A stretch of DNA of 64,000 nt from an uncultured Lachnospiraceae bacterium. GTDB lineage: Bacteria; Bacillota; Clostridia; Lachnospirales; Lachnospiraceae. Shown one piece after another: positions 31,195-41,070 of this stretch (position 1 is the stretch's first letter; the number at the start of each line of letters is the position of its first letter). The position numbers and the translations under genes were made by a program. Where the stretch lies: the NCBI GenBank assembly GCA_964614185.1, contig CAZTKJ010000007.1:5592-69591 (forward strand). Direction: 5' to 3'. Below the pieces are notes generated by a model. The model saw only the letters and a list, made by a program, of their open reading frames with translations, searched no databases and was not told where the DNA came from.

Positions 31195-32382
31195 TTATTC
31201 ATTACAGCTCACAATAATCACTTCATCCGTATCAAGCGCTGTCTGCATCAATTCATCAATCTTTTCATTCAAATTCTGCTCATGCCGTTTAATGATATTT
31301 AAATTCGGCTTTGTTACAGGATGCTTGGCCACAAAAATCGTACAGCAGTCTTCATATGGCAAAATAGAAGTTTCATAAGTCCCTATTCTTTCAGAAACAT
31401 CTACAATCTCCATCTTGTCAAACCCGATCAGCGGACGAAATACAGGAAGGGTACATACTTCATTGGTCACTGCCAGGGACTGAATTGTCTGGGAGGCAAC
31501 CTGTCCAATACTCTCTCCCGTAATCAGGCCGAGACAATTTGTGGTTCTTGCTATTTTTTCTGCAATCTTCATCATATACCGCCTCATAATGATGGTCAGT
31601 TCGTCGTGAGGACATTTCTCGTATATGTAAAGTTGGATATCCGTAAAATTAATCACATGGAGATAAATGGGTCCTGCATATCTGGCCACCTGCTTAGCTA
31701 AATCTACCACCTTCTGTTTCGCACGGTCACTGGTATATGGCGGTGCATGAAAATATACGGCATCTATCTTAACGCCTCTTTTGGCAATCATATATCCTGC
31801 TACAGGGGAATCAATTCCGCCTGACAAAAGAAGCATTGCCTTGCCGTTGCTTCCTACCGGCATACCGCCGGGACCGGGAATTGTTTCGGAATAAATATAT
31901 ATTTTTTCCCGGATTTCCACATTAAAAAATACATCCGGCTTATGGACATCTACCGAAAGTTCCGGAAAAGCATCTAAGATCACGCTGCCCAGCTGCGCAC
32001 TCAGTTCCATAGAATTAACAGGATAGTTCTTTCTGGCTCTTCTGGTCTGTACCTTAAAGGTAAAATTTCTGTCAGGATATACATTGCCTATATACTTCAC
32101 AATCTCCTGACCCAGTTTTTCAATTCCTTCATCCTCAATATGAACTACCGGACAGATACCGGAAACTCCAAATACTGTTTTCAGGTTGTCCACCGTTTCA
32201 TCAAAATCAAATTCCGACAACGCCTCAATATAAATCCTTCCCGGCGTACGCGTTACTTCAAACTCTCCTTCACACCGTTTCAAAGCATACTTGATCTGTC
32301 TGACAAGAGCTTCCTCAAACAGATGTCTGTTTTTTCCTTTTACTCCGATTTCCGCATATTTGATCAAAAATGCCGTAAACAT
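31195..32382 (-). CDS. thiI: tRNA 4-thiouridine synthase ThiI
   Basis: THUMP domain, LLSGGIDSPVA, GESIGQVASQT, EDCC; start moved to MFTAF. Confidence 0.95.
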   Translation of the reverse strand: MFTAFLIKYAEIGVKGKNRHLFEEALVRQIKYALKRCEGEFEVTRTPGRIYIEALSEFDFDETVDNLKTVFGVSGICPVVHIEDEGIEKLGQEIVKYIGNVYPDRNFTFKVQTRRARKNYPVNSMELSAQLGSVILDAFPELSVDVHKPDVFFNVEIREKIYIYSETIPGPGGMPVGSNGKAMLLLSGGIDSPVAGYMIAKRGVKIDAVYFHAPPYTSDRAKQKVVDLAKQVARYAGPIYLHVINFTDIQLYIYEKCPHDELTIIMRRYMMKIAEKIARTTNCLGLITGESIGQVASQTIQSLAVTNEVCTLPVFRPLIGFDKMEIVDVSERIGTYETSILPYEDCCTIFVAKHPVTKPNLNIIKRHEQNLNEKIDELMQTALDTDEVIIVSCNE

Positions 32383-32441
32383 ATCTGCTCCTTTTCTAAA
32401 TATCCATAAACATCCTCTGCCTATGGCTTCCTTTTTACACA

Positions 32442-32483
32442 CAGCCGCTAATTGCCATGATTCAAATGCATATTTAGCGGCTG
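32442..32483. other. intergenic hairpin between iscS and thiI (no U-run; possible processing or stability site)
   Basis: CAGCCGCTAA/TTAGCGGCTG stem. Confidence 0.5.
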
Positions 32484-32510
32484 CTGCATAAATTACTGTT
32501 TTTGTATTGA

Positions 32511-33665
32511 TTATTTTCTCTGGAATTTTCTAAGCATAGGAATTATATCATATAAAGCCTGTAAAGTATAGTTGATTTCCTCCATGGTAGTGAAAACGGA
32601 AAAACTGAAACGAATGGTAGAGCCAAGCAGATCTCTGTCAATCCCCATAGCCTGCAATGTTGCGGAAGGCTGTGGTTTATGGGCGGAACAGGCACTGCCT
32701 GCAGAAACGTAAATGCCTTTGTCCTCCAATGCATGGAGCAGGACTTCACTCCGAACGCCTCTAAAAGATACACTGACGATATGGGGCGCACCGTCTCTTC
32801 CTTTCGGCCCGTTTACAACAATATCCGGAATCCTGTATACTCCTTCTGTAAAAGTTTCTTTTAACCGGTAAAGATTCTCTATCTCCCGGTTCAAATCTTC
32901 ATAAATCATTTCAACAGCTTTCCCAAGTCCTGCAACAGCAGGCACATTTTCTGTACCGGAGCGCAGCCCGCTCTGCTGGCCGCCGCCAAAAATAATAGGC
33001 TTTATCTTCACCTTTTCATCCACGTATAAAAAACCTACTCCTTTGGGACCATGGATCTTATGACCGCTTACCGCCAACAGATCAATATGCATTTTTTTAG
33101 GGAGTATTCTGTATTTACCGTAACCCTGCACAGCATCTACATGAAACAGGATTTTAGGATTCATCCGCTTGATCATAGCTCCTGCCTCCTCAATAGGCTG
33201 CAAGGCACCCACTTCATTATTGGTATGCATGATAGATACTAAGATCGTTTCTCCTGTAATGGCACGCTGCAAATCTTCCAGGCGAATGCATCCCTTTTCA
33301 TCTACGGGAAGATAGGTTATACGAAATCCTTCTTCTTCCAGATACTTCATAGTTTGCAAAACTGCCGGATGTTCTACCTGTGTAGTGATCAGGTGCCTTC
33401 CGGCCCGGCAGTTAGCATAGGCACAGCCTCTGAGAGCCAGATTATCTGCCTCTGTTCCGCCAGAAGTAAAAAAGATTTCTTTTTCATTTACTTTCAGGTT
33501 TTTAGCAATTATTTCTTTTGCATAATGAAGATACCTCTCCGCCTGCACGCCTTTTCTATGCAGACTGGATGGATTCCCATAATCTTCACACATGATTTTT
33601 GTCATCAGATCCGCTACTTCATCAAAACATCTGGTAGTTGCGGAATTATCTAAATAAATCTCCAT
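32511..33665 (-). CDS. iscS: cysteine desulfurase (IscS/NifS family)
   Basis: YLDNSATT, SGHKIHGPKG, SAGSACS. Confidence 0.93.
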   Translation of the reverse strand: MEIYLDNSATTRCFDEVADLMTKIMCEDYGNPSSLHRKGVQAERYLHYAKEIIAKNLKVNEKEIFFTSGGTEADNLALRGCAYANCRAGRHLITTQVEHPAVLQTMKYLEEEGFRITYLPVDEKGCIRLEDLQRAITGETILVSIMHTNNEVGALQPIEEAGAMIKRMNPKILFHVDAVQGYGKYRILPKKMHIDLLAVSGHKIHGPKGVGFLYVDEKVKIKPIIFGGGQQSGLRSGTENVPAVAGLGKAVEMIYEDLNREIENLYRLKETFTEGVYRIPDIVVNGPKGRDGAPHIVSVSFRGVRSEVLLHALEDKGIYVSAGSACSAHKPQPSATLQAMGIDRDLLGSTIRFSFSVFTTMEEINYTLQALYDIIPMLRKFQRK

Positions 33666-33795
33666 AGTGTCACCAGTCCTTTTATCTCAAATATACTGCA
33701 ACCGTTTCAGCACCACAGTTAATCGCTTTATCTATGATTATAATATGCTGTTTTCTTTATTTGTTGCTTTATTCTCTCTTTTTCCGCCATATTTT

Positions 33796-34536
33796 TCAGC
33801 TTTCCAACTGGTACATAATTAAGGAGAGAACTGTCATTCCCGCTGTTTCCGTGCGAAGAATCCGCTTTCCCAAAGTAATGGGAGTAAATCCCTCCTTCAC
33901 GGCTTCCTCTACCTCCGCTTCTTCAAATCCGCCCTCCGGTCCGATAAAAACAGCTATATCCTCTCCCGGTTTTAAACTGCCTATGATTTTCTTAGTTTCC
34001 CCCATCCCTTCTGCCAGTTCATAGGGAATGATCTTGATCTTGCAGTTTTTGCTGTAAGCAACAGCTTCTTTCATGGTCATCACATTCTTTACTTCCGGTA
34101 TGATACCCCGCTTGCTTTGTTTTGCTGCCGCTTCTGCAATTGCCTGCCATCTGCTTATTTTATTTTTTTCTTTCTTCTCGTCCAGTTTTACTACCGCACG
34201 CTTACAGGAAACAGGAATAACCTCATATGCGCCAAGTTCTACCGCTTTTTGTATAATGAATTCCATTTTATCAGCCTTGGGCAGTCCCTGAAACAGATAA
34301 ACCTTAGAAGGAAGTTCCAAACCCTCTTCTCTTATAAACTGCAGCTTGCAGACAATCTCTTTTTCTGCAAATTCCGTAATGCTGCAGCGATATTCCTTTC
34401 CGTCCATCCCATTACTGACAGAGATCTCATCTCCTTTTTTCATACGGAGGACATTCTTAATATGATTCACGTCATTCCCTGTGATTACAATTCTAAGGCC
34501 CTGTATTTGGGAAGGCTCTACAAAAAACTGATACAT
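33796..34536 (-). CDS. rsmE: 16S rRNA m3U1498 methyltransferase
   Basis: HIKNVLR, KAVELG, FIGPEGG, LGKRILRTETA; start moved to MYQFF. Confidence 0.95.
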   Translation of the reverse strand: MYQFFVEPSQIQGLRIVITGNDVNHIKNVLRMKKGDEISVSNGMDGKEYRCSITEFAEKEIVCKLQFIREEGLELPSKVYLFQGLPKADKMEFIIQKAVELGAYEVIPVSCKRAVVKLDEKKEKNKISRWQAIAEAAAKQSKRGIIPEVKNVMTMKEAVAYSKNCKIKIIPYELAEGMGETKKIIGSLKPGEDIAVFIGPEGGFEEAEVEEAVKEGFTPITLGKRILRTETAGMTVLSLIMYQLES

Positions 34537-34564
34537 AAATACCCCCTGCCGATTCCTGTTGCTG

Positions 34565-35551
34565 TTACGGTTTTCTTGCAGTAATGGAAACCCATTCACC
34601 CTGATAGGATATTTCAAGAATTTCAAGTCCTGCCGCCCTTACCGCATCTGCCACCACTTGTTCCTTATCATCAATGATTCCTGATGTAATGTAGATGCCG
34701 CCTTTTTTCAGCTGATGGAAAATAACCGGCGTCAAGGGAACAAGAACATCCGCAAGAATATTGGCTGTTACAATATCGTAGCGCTCATAGCCTGCCTGAT
34801 CCTGAATTTCCTTTTCTGTAATAATGTTGCCGATTATCAGCCGGAAAGCATCTTCCGGGATATGATTTGCCTCTTTATTTTCTTTTACGGCTTCAATGGC
34901 ACAAGGATCCAAATCCGTACCCAATGCATATTTGGCTCCAAACATAAGAGCCAAAATAGCCAGGATACCGCTGCCGCATCCCACATCCAGCAAAACCGTT
35001 TCCGGAGTAATATATTTACGGAGGGCCCTGATGCAAAGCTGGGTCGTATCATGCATTCCCGTCCCAAATGCCATACCGGGATCGATATGAAGGATCATTT
35101 TGTCCTTATCCTGAGGTTGTATCTCCTCCCATGAAGGAATCACAAGTACATCGTCTATAGTAAACTGATGAAAATATTGCTTCCAGTTATTGATCCAGTC
35201 AATATCCTTTGTTTCGTCAACAGTAATGCTGCCTTTTCCTATATCCATAAAGGAACGCAGTTCTTCTAATTCCTTTTTTATTTCATCCACTATCTGATCG
35301 GGCAGTTTCCTTTCTCCTGCAATTTCCAAAAAACCGTCTTCTTTTTCTTCTACGAAAAAACTGAGATAAGCAATTCCATCATCTTCAGGTCCTTCCGGCA
35401 GAATATCTACAAACATCTGCTCCTTTTCCATTGCTGTCAATGGGACTTTATCCTCTATCTGCGCTCCTTCAAGTCCAATATCATACAATGTACTGATAAT
35501 GATATCTTCTGCCTCGGTAATTGTTTCTATTTTGAATTTCATCCATTTCAT
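34565..35551 (-). CDS. prmA: ribosomal protein L11 methyltransferase
   Basis: DPGMAFGTGMHDTT, LDVGCGSGIL, ANILA; start moved to MKWMK. Confidence 0.95.
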   Translation of the reverse strand: MKWMKFKIETITEAEDIIISTLYDIGLEGAQIEDKVPLTAMEKEQMFVDILPEGPEDDGIAYLSFFVEEKEDGFLEIAGERKLPDQIVDEIKKELEELRSFMDIGKGSITVDETKDIDWINNWKQYFHQFTIDDVLVIPSWEEIQPQDKDKMILHIDPGMAFGTGMHDTTQLCIRALRKYITPETVLLDVGCGSGILAILALMFGAKYALGTDLDPCAIEAVKENKEANHIPEDAFRLIIGNIITEKEIQDQAGYERYDIVTANILADVLVPLTPVIFHQLKKGGIYITSGIIDDKEQVVADAVRAAGLEILEISYQGEWVSITARKP

Positions 35552-35596
35552 GTGTCTTCTCCCTTTCATACCTGCCATTTTGCACAGATTCATCAA

Positions 35597-35625
35597 TTGT
35601 ATTCCACCGGGTTTAATGTTATCAT
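35597..35625 (+). promoter_or_regulatory. sigma-A promoter of the nudC operon
   Basis: TTGTAT-17-TATCAT with extended TG. Confidence 0.55.
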
Positions 35626-35700
35626 ACTTATAAATAGATTTCCATAAAGATAGGACAATTTACTTCAATATTTAAAAACAGGCTTAAAGAGGAATTGGAA

Positions 35701-36534
35701 ATGATACAGGATATTTATCCCAAAATTTATCACAATGAGTACTACGACATAAAGCCGGATGTTAATGATTTTATTCTGGTATTTTTTAAGAACACTGCTC
35801 TTATCCGATTCCATGAGGGCAAACTTCGCTATCCCGTTTTTAAAGAGTTGCAAACATTTTCCTGTGATTATTACTATTTATTTTCCATAGACCGGTATCG
35901 GTATTTTCTTGCCTGCCCCAAAGTCTCTCAGGAAATGATTCAGATTGATGGATACCACTATGAAGATATCAGTATTTTCCGAACGGCCCTCTCCCGGCAT
36001 ACATCCTTTGCAGGGATTACCGCTCATCATCTTTTTAACTTTTATCAGTCAGGCCGATTCTGCGGCAGCTGCGGTCATAAGATGCTTCCCGATCACAAGG
36101 AAAGAATGCTTATTTGTCCCCAGTGCCATCATCTTGTCTATCCTCGTATTTCCCCGGCGGTCATTGTCGGCGTTATTAACAAAGACCGGCTTTTAATGAG
36201 CAAGTATGCCGGACGTTCCTATAAGAATTACGCACTGATTGCAGGCTTTACGGAAATCGGAGAAAGTGCAGAACAGACTGTGGCCCGGGAAGTCATGGAA
36301 GAAGTAGGCCTTCGGGTAAAAAATATTCGTTACTATAAAAGTCAGCCCTGGGCCTTTTCCGGAAGTCTTCTTATGGGTTTCTTCTGCGATCTTGACGGCT
36401 CCGACCAGATCAATCTGGATACAAATGAGCTCTCAGAAGCCGGATGGTATTCCCGAAATGAAATTTCTTTGGAAGATGATCATATCAGCCTTACCAGAGA
36501 AATGATTATGAAATTCAAAAATGGGGATTGTTAA
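35701..36534 (+). CDS. nudC: NAD(+) diphosphatase (NudC)
   Basis: CGSCG..CPQC zinc ribbon, Nudix box, SQPW. Confidence 0.92.
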   Translation: MIQDIYPKIYHNEYYDIKPDVNDFILVFFKNTALIRFHEGKLRYPVFKELQTFSCDYYYLFSIDRYRYFLACPKVSQEMIQIDGYHYEDISIFRTALSRHTSFAGITAHHLFNFYQSGRFCGSCGHKMLPDHKERMLICPQCHHLVYPRISPAVIVGVINKDRLLMSKYAGRSYKNYALIAGFTEIGESAEQTVAREVMEEVGLRVKNIRYYKSQPWAFSGSLLMGFFCDLDGSDQINLDTNELSEAGWYSRNEISLEDDHISLTREMIMKFKNGDC

Positions 36535-36550
36535 ATACGGAGGACATTTC

Positions 36551-37297
36551 ATGAAAAAATTTTTATCTCTATTTCTTTTCTCTTTATGCTTTCTTTTTTC
36601 AGCATGTCGGACAGCTCCTGTTTCAGAATCCTATCCTTTTGAAGATTTAGCTTTTGAGGATTTGGCATTGTTAGAAAAAGATGCTGTTACCAATGAGGAA
36701 AAAATCAATAATGCCGTAACTACTTTGCGGGACCTTGGTTTTACGGAGCTTTCAGATGACATGGCCGCTCAAACACAGGAATTCTTTCTCAATTCCCCTT
36801 ATACGGATTTCACCACGGAAGATGTAATGATTTCTCTGTTATCAATACTGGGTAGCGGCTCCTATGATTTTGATACCTGGACTTTTACCCCTTCCTCCAG
36901 TCAGGTATATGCTTTTGATATGGAAGTATTTGACATTGGCAATATGTATACTCAGTTTTTTCAGGGAATTATGGCTATCAATAACGATGAATTTACTATT
37001 ACCGACATTGAAGATTCCGGAGCTGTGGCAGATGAAGATTTAGATTTAGGTCTTGGCCTGCGGAAGATTACCTTCTGCTATAACCGGAAGTCTTATGAGT
37101 TTAATGCAAAAGTAATGTACGATTGGTTTGACAGCGATATTATCGGCTATATGAATAAAGTATTTAAGAAAGAAAAGAACCCTAAACGGCTATACTATAT
37201 GACAGACGGTTATCAGGAGTGTATCATTTTTTACTGTTCGGAAGAATGGGCCGCCTATTTTTCTGCTGTCACCGGCTTTACGCTCAATCAAAAATAA
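36551..37297 (+). CDS. hypothetical acidic lipoprotein
   Basis: MKK + hydrophobic core + FSAC lipobox; GGAGG RBS. Confidence 0.75.
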   Translation: MKKFLSLFLFSLCFLFSACRTAPVSESYPFEDLAFEDLALLEKDAVTNEEKINNAVTTLRDLGFTELSDDMAAQTQEFFLNSPYTDFTTEDVMISLLSILGSGSYDFDTWTFTPSSSQVYAFDMEVFDIGNMYTQFFQGIMAINNDEFTITDIEDSGAVADEDLDLGLGLRKITFCYNRKSYEFNAKVMYDWFDSDIIGYMNKVFKKEKNPKRLYYMTDGYQECIIFYCSEEWAAYFSAVTGFTLNQK

Positions 37298-37311
37298 TCT
37301 TATGACGGAGA

Positions 37312-37908
37312 TTGATCATGGTTAAAAATATTATATTGGATATGGGAAATGTTTTGTTATCCTTTGATCCTGAAATTCCTCTCAACCGGTTTTGTGAAAC
37401 GGAAGCAGCAAAGGATATCATTCGAAAAGAACTTTTTCAGGGGCCTGAATGGATTCAGGGAGATTACGGATTTATTTCTAACGGGGATCGTTACGAACCT
37501 GTCAGCAAGCGGGTTCCAAAAGAATTTCATAAATCCCTTAAGAATTGTGTGGATCACTGGGATATTTGCATGAGACCTATTCCCGGCGCCATGGACTTCT
37601 GCGAATATGTAAAAAGCAGACACTATGGGATTTATGTCCTTTCAAATGCCGATAATATGTTTCATGATTATTTTCCACGCTTTGCCAGTGAAGACTACTT
37701 CGATGGCGTTATGGTTTCCTCTGATGTCCACATGATCAAACCGGAAATCAGGATTTATGAATATTTTCTAAAAACTTATGAACTGATACCGGAAGAGTGT
37801 CTCTTTATTGACGACCGGGAAGAAAATATTGCCGGCGCCAAAAAAGTCGGTATTAACGGATACCTGTTTAAAGGAGATTTTGAGGAAATAAAAAGACTCG
37901 TAAATTAA
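37312..37908 (+). CDS. HAD-family phosphatase
   Basis: DMGNVL, LSNA, KP, FIDDREEN. Confidence 0.9.
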   Translation: MIMVKNIILDMGNVLLSFDPEIPLNRFCETEAAKDIIRKELFQGPEWIQGDYGFISNGDRYEPVSKRVPKEFHKSLKNCVDHWDICMRPIPGAMDFCEYVKSRHYGIYVLSNADNMFHDYFPRFASEDYFDGVMVSSDVHMIKPEIRIYEYFLKTYELIPEECLFIDDREENIAGAKKVGINGYLFKGDFEEIKRLVN

Positions 37909-37936
37909 GAAGCGCAAGCTCTGCAGCTTGCGCTTC
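37909..37936. terminator. hairpin between convergent HAD and GH3 genes
   Basis: perfect 12-bp stem GAAGCGCAAGCT/AGCTTGCGCTTC. Confidence 0.8.
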
Positions 37937-37963
37937 AAAAATCTCTTCATAATTCTCGCTTTA

Positions 37964-40945
37964 TCATGCTTTAAAATAGCATAACTTAATATCGCCGGAT
38001 AACCGTATTTCCAGTTCTGCCGGTTTTTCCTGATCTGCTTTTGCATCATAGATCAATGGTATTTTTACATCTGCATACACAGGTTTCCATGTGTTGATAC
38101 GCTCCTTCGCCTCTTTGATCATCATAGGTCCCATGATAGGTCGCGGATTTGCCTCATAAGTTCTGGTATCACCCTGCCAGCTTCCTGCAGTCTTCCCATT
38201 GATTGCTACCTCCACGCTTCCGCCAGCTTTGCTCATCAGATGAAGCGTTATTTCTTTTAGCTCATTTTCTATTTCGCAGTCTCGATAGTATAAGATCCCC
38301 TCTCGTTTGGAGTCCCAAAGGGTTGCCGCACAAAATCCAAACTGTCCTTCCGTCAGGATAATGTTCTCATAATCATCATAGTGGTCTGCTCTTGTCTTCT
38401 TTTTCAAATTTCGTAGTCCCGGCTTTCTGCCCGGAATTTCAATCTGCTTTGCAAGAGTATCCGCCGCACTGGAAGGGCCTGCATAAATAGTATAGCATCC
38501 TTCCTCTACCATCAGAGAACGGCTGATAACATCATAAAACCGGAATTCTTCTACCGGAACTTCCATTTCCACTAATCTGCTCTCTCCCGGCTGCAGGGAC
38601 ATTAATCTCCGGAATCCTAAAAGTTGTTTTAAGGGCTTCTTCACGCGAGAGGCCGGAGCAATGCCGTATACCTGTGCCACTTCATCACTTACCCTTTTCC
38701 CTGTATTTTTTACAGAAAAAGAAATATTGAGTTTTCTTTTATCTGCCAGTTCTACTGTCAAATCAGAATAAGCAAAGTCAGAATAAGTAAGACCATATCC
38801 GAAAGGATAGAGTACTTCCCCTCCAAAATAACGGTATGTGCGGTTTCCTTTAATAATATCATAATCATCAATATCCGGAAGCTGGTCATCACTTTGATAC
38901 CATGTCATATTCAGACGGCCTGCAGGTGCATTCTGTCCGAAAATAGTTTCCGCCATGGCTTCTCCCATATCCTGACTTCCCGTGGCACTCCAAAGGATAG
39001 CCGGTACTTTTTTCTGTGCTTCATTGATTGCATAAGGATAGTTTGAAAAAAGTACCAACACTATATTAGGATTTACCTGGTAGACTGCTTCCATTAATTT
39101 TTCCTGATCCGGAGGAAGGATTATGGTACTGCGGTCTATCTCTTCTTTGGCATTTACCATGGGGTTGCATCCCAATGCCAGAATCACTGTTCCTTTTTCC
39201 CTGGCCATATTAACTGCTTCTTCTATACCTGACTTGGCCACTTCCAGCATAAATCTTACTTCTGATAATGCTATTTCTTTTTGAGTAGATACAGCAGTTT
39301 CTATGGCAAGTCCTACTGTGGGACCCACCCTTTCTCCATCTTTCATAGACCAGAGGCTTCCGTCTTCTCCTTTCATAACAGGAGATCCAAAGCGGTTCGT
39401 CAGCAAAAAGCTTCCGTCCCTTTCCTCTTCCAAATGGAAGATTTCCATTACAAACCAGTCAAAAGGCCTATCGGCTTCTGCAGCGATCCTGCCCATCTCT
39501 TCCGGTTGTACTTTCCCCGGATAAAATCTTGTATTCATATATTTGCCTGTGCGGACACAACGGAAAGTAAAACTCCCCTCTCCCCAATCTTCTTTTATGA
39601 AAATATCCGGTTCCGAAGATAAATACAATGCGCCATCCTCACGAACAGCAATTCCCTGTTCCCCACATTTAAAAACAATTTTGTCCAATCCATCTGCAAA
39701 GGGAACTATGGTCTTTTGGTTTTTTTCTATTCCCTGCCGTAATGTGGTCTGATAAGGTGCTTCTCCGCCATACCAGTCCTGATACCATGCATCGCCTAAA
39801 GGACCGATCAGCGCTATGGTATTTTCATCTGATACATCATTAAGAGGAAGAATACCATCCTCATTTTTTAAAAGCACTACAGATTCCCGTGATACCTGCA
39901 TGCAGATTCTTTGATTCTCCTTGGAGTTAATATCTGCTTCCGTTACAGCATCATAAGGATTACAATGCTCTCTGTCATATATTCCCAGCCGGAGTTTGGT
40001 ACGGAACATATTCCTAAGCGCACCATCAATCTCTTCCTCTGTAATAAGATGAAGTTCATAAGCTTCTCTTGCTGCCTGTTCCACCACTTTAGGATTATCT
40101 GACATTCCATCCACTCCTGCTTTTATGGCAGCTGCCAGCGTTTCTGCATGAAGTCCATAATAATGATGGAAGTTTGCCACCAATTCCATGGCGCCGCCAT
40201 CACAAACTGCATGTTTTAGTCCATACTGTTCTTTTAAAATATTATTAACTTCCGGATTCAGCATTCCGGGGATTCCGTTAATTTTATTATAAGCTGTCAT
40301 CACAGCCTCGGCGCCGCCATCTTCTATCGCTTTGCGAAAAGGTTCCAGATATAATTCATACCGGTTTCTGGGATCAATAGAGGAGTTCTTCCATCCTCTG
40401 CCTGCTTCTGTATTATTTCCATAAAAATGTTTCAACGTAGCAGCCACTCTCAGATAATGCGGATCATCTCCCTGCATACCCTGAATATAGGCAGAAGACA
40501 TTTCACCAGTCAGCAGTGGATCCTCTCCATAGCCTTCTTCTGTTCTTCCCCATCTGGGATCCCGCTCTAAATCAATCGTAGGTGCCCATCGGCTTAAGCC
40601 TCTGTCCGGATGGCGATGATAAATCACACGTGCTTCTGTACCTGTCACTTCTCCTGCCTGCTTAATAAGTTCTGTATCCCATGTAGCGCTCATACCTATA
40701 GGCTGAGGAAAAGATGTGGTTATTTCCGGTTCACCAAGCTCATTTTGATCATTTCTTGCCTCTACACCATGAGCCGCTTCTCCTCCTACAGACATAGCAG
40801 GTATTCCCAAGCGTTCCAAATCAGGAACTCTTGTTGCCAGACAGCTTAGTTTTTCATCCATGGTCATCTCTGACAGCAGCCAGTCCAGTCTCTCTTCTAT
40901 TGATAATGATACATCCCAAAATGGAGTATTTTTCTTTACTTCCAT
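37964..40945 (-). CDS. GH3 glycoside hydrolase (beta-xylosidase-like) with extra domains
   Basis: DPRWGRTEEGYGEDP, KHFYGNN, VCDGG, PFGYGLTY, Fn3-like domain, C-terminal CBM6-like region. Confidence 0.92.
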   Translation of the reverse strand: MEVKKNTPFWDVSLSIEERLDWLLSEMTMDEKLSCLATRVPDLERLGIPAMSVGGEAAHGVEARNDQNELGEPEITTSFPQPIGMSATWDTELIKQAGEVTGTEARVIYHRHPDRGLSRWAPTIDLERDPRWGRTEEGYGEDPLLTGEMSSAYIQGMQGDDPHYLRVAATLKHFYGNNTEAGRGWKNSSIDPRNRYELYLEPFRKAIEDGGAEAVMTAYNKINGIPGMLNPEVNNILKEQYGLKHAVCDGGAMELVANFHHYYGLHAETLAAAIKAGVDGMSDNPKVVEQAAREAYELHLITEEEIDGALRNMFRTKLRLGIYDREHCNPYDAVTEADINSKENQRICMQVSRESVVLLKNEDGILPLNDVSDENTIALIGPLGDAWYQDWYGGEAPYQTTLRQGIEKNQKTIVPFADGLDKIVFKCGEQGIAVREDGALYLSSEPDIFIKEDWGEGSFTFRCVRTGKYMNTRFYPGKVQPEEMGRIAAEADRPFDWFVMEIFHLEEERDGSFLLTNRFGSPVMKGEDGSLWSMKDGERVGPTVGLAIETAVSTQKEIALSEVRFMLEVAKSGIEEAVNMAREKGTVILALGCNPMVNAKEEIDRSTIILPPDQEKLMEAVYQVNPNIVLVLFSNYPYAINEAQKKVPAILWSATGSQDMGEAMAETIFGQNAPAGRLNMTWYQSDDQLPDIDDYDIIKGNRTYRYFGGEVLYPFGYGLTYSDFAYSDLTVELADKRKLNISFSVKNTGKRVSDEVAQVYGIAPASRVKKPLKQLLGFRRLMSLQPGESRLVEMEVPVEEFRFYDVISRSLMVEEGCYTIYAGPSSAADTLAKQIEIPGRKPGLRNLKKKTRADHYDDYENIILTEGQFGFCAATLWDSKREGILYYRDCEIENELKEITLHLMSKAGGSVEVAINGKTAGSWQGDTRTYEANPRPIMGPMMIKEAKERINTWKPVYADVKIPLIYDAKADQEKPAELEIRLSGDIKLCYFKA

Positions 40946-40997
40946 CTAGTAATCCTCCGCTTCATTCTGATTGATCAACATGCTTATGAATTGCATA

Positions 40998-41030
40998 AAG
41001 GGTCTAACACCTTTACGATATCAGACCCTT
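40998..41030 (-). other. hairpin after the solute-binding gene (mRNA stabiliser or partial terminator)
   Basis: AAGGGTCT/AGACCCTT stem without a U-run. Confidence 0.5.
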
Positions 41031-41070
41031 CATATTTGTTACTGGTAATTCTGTTAAATATTATGATTCC

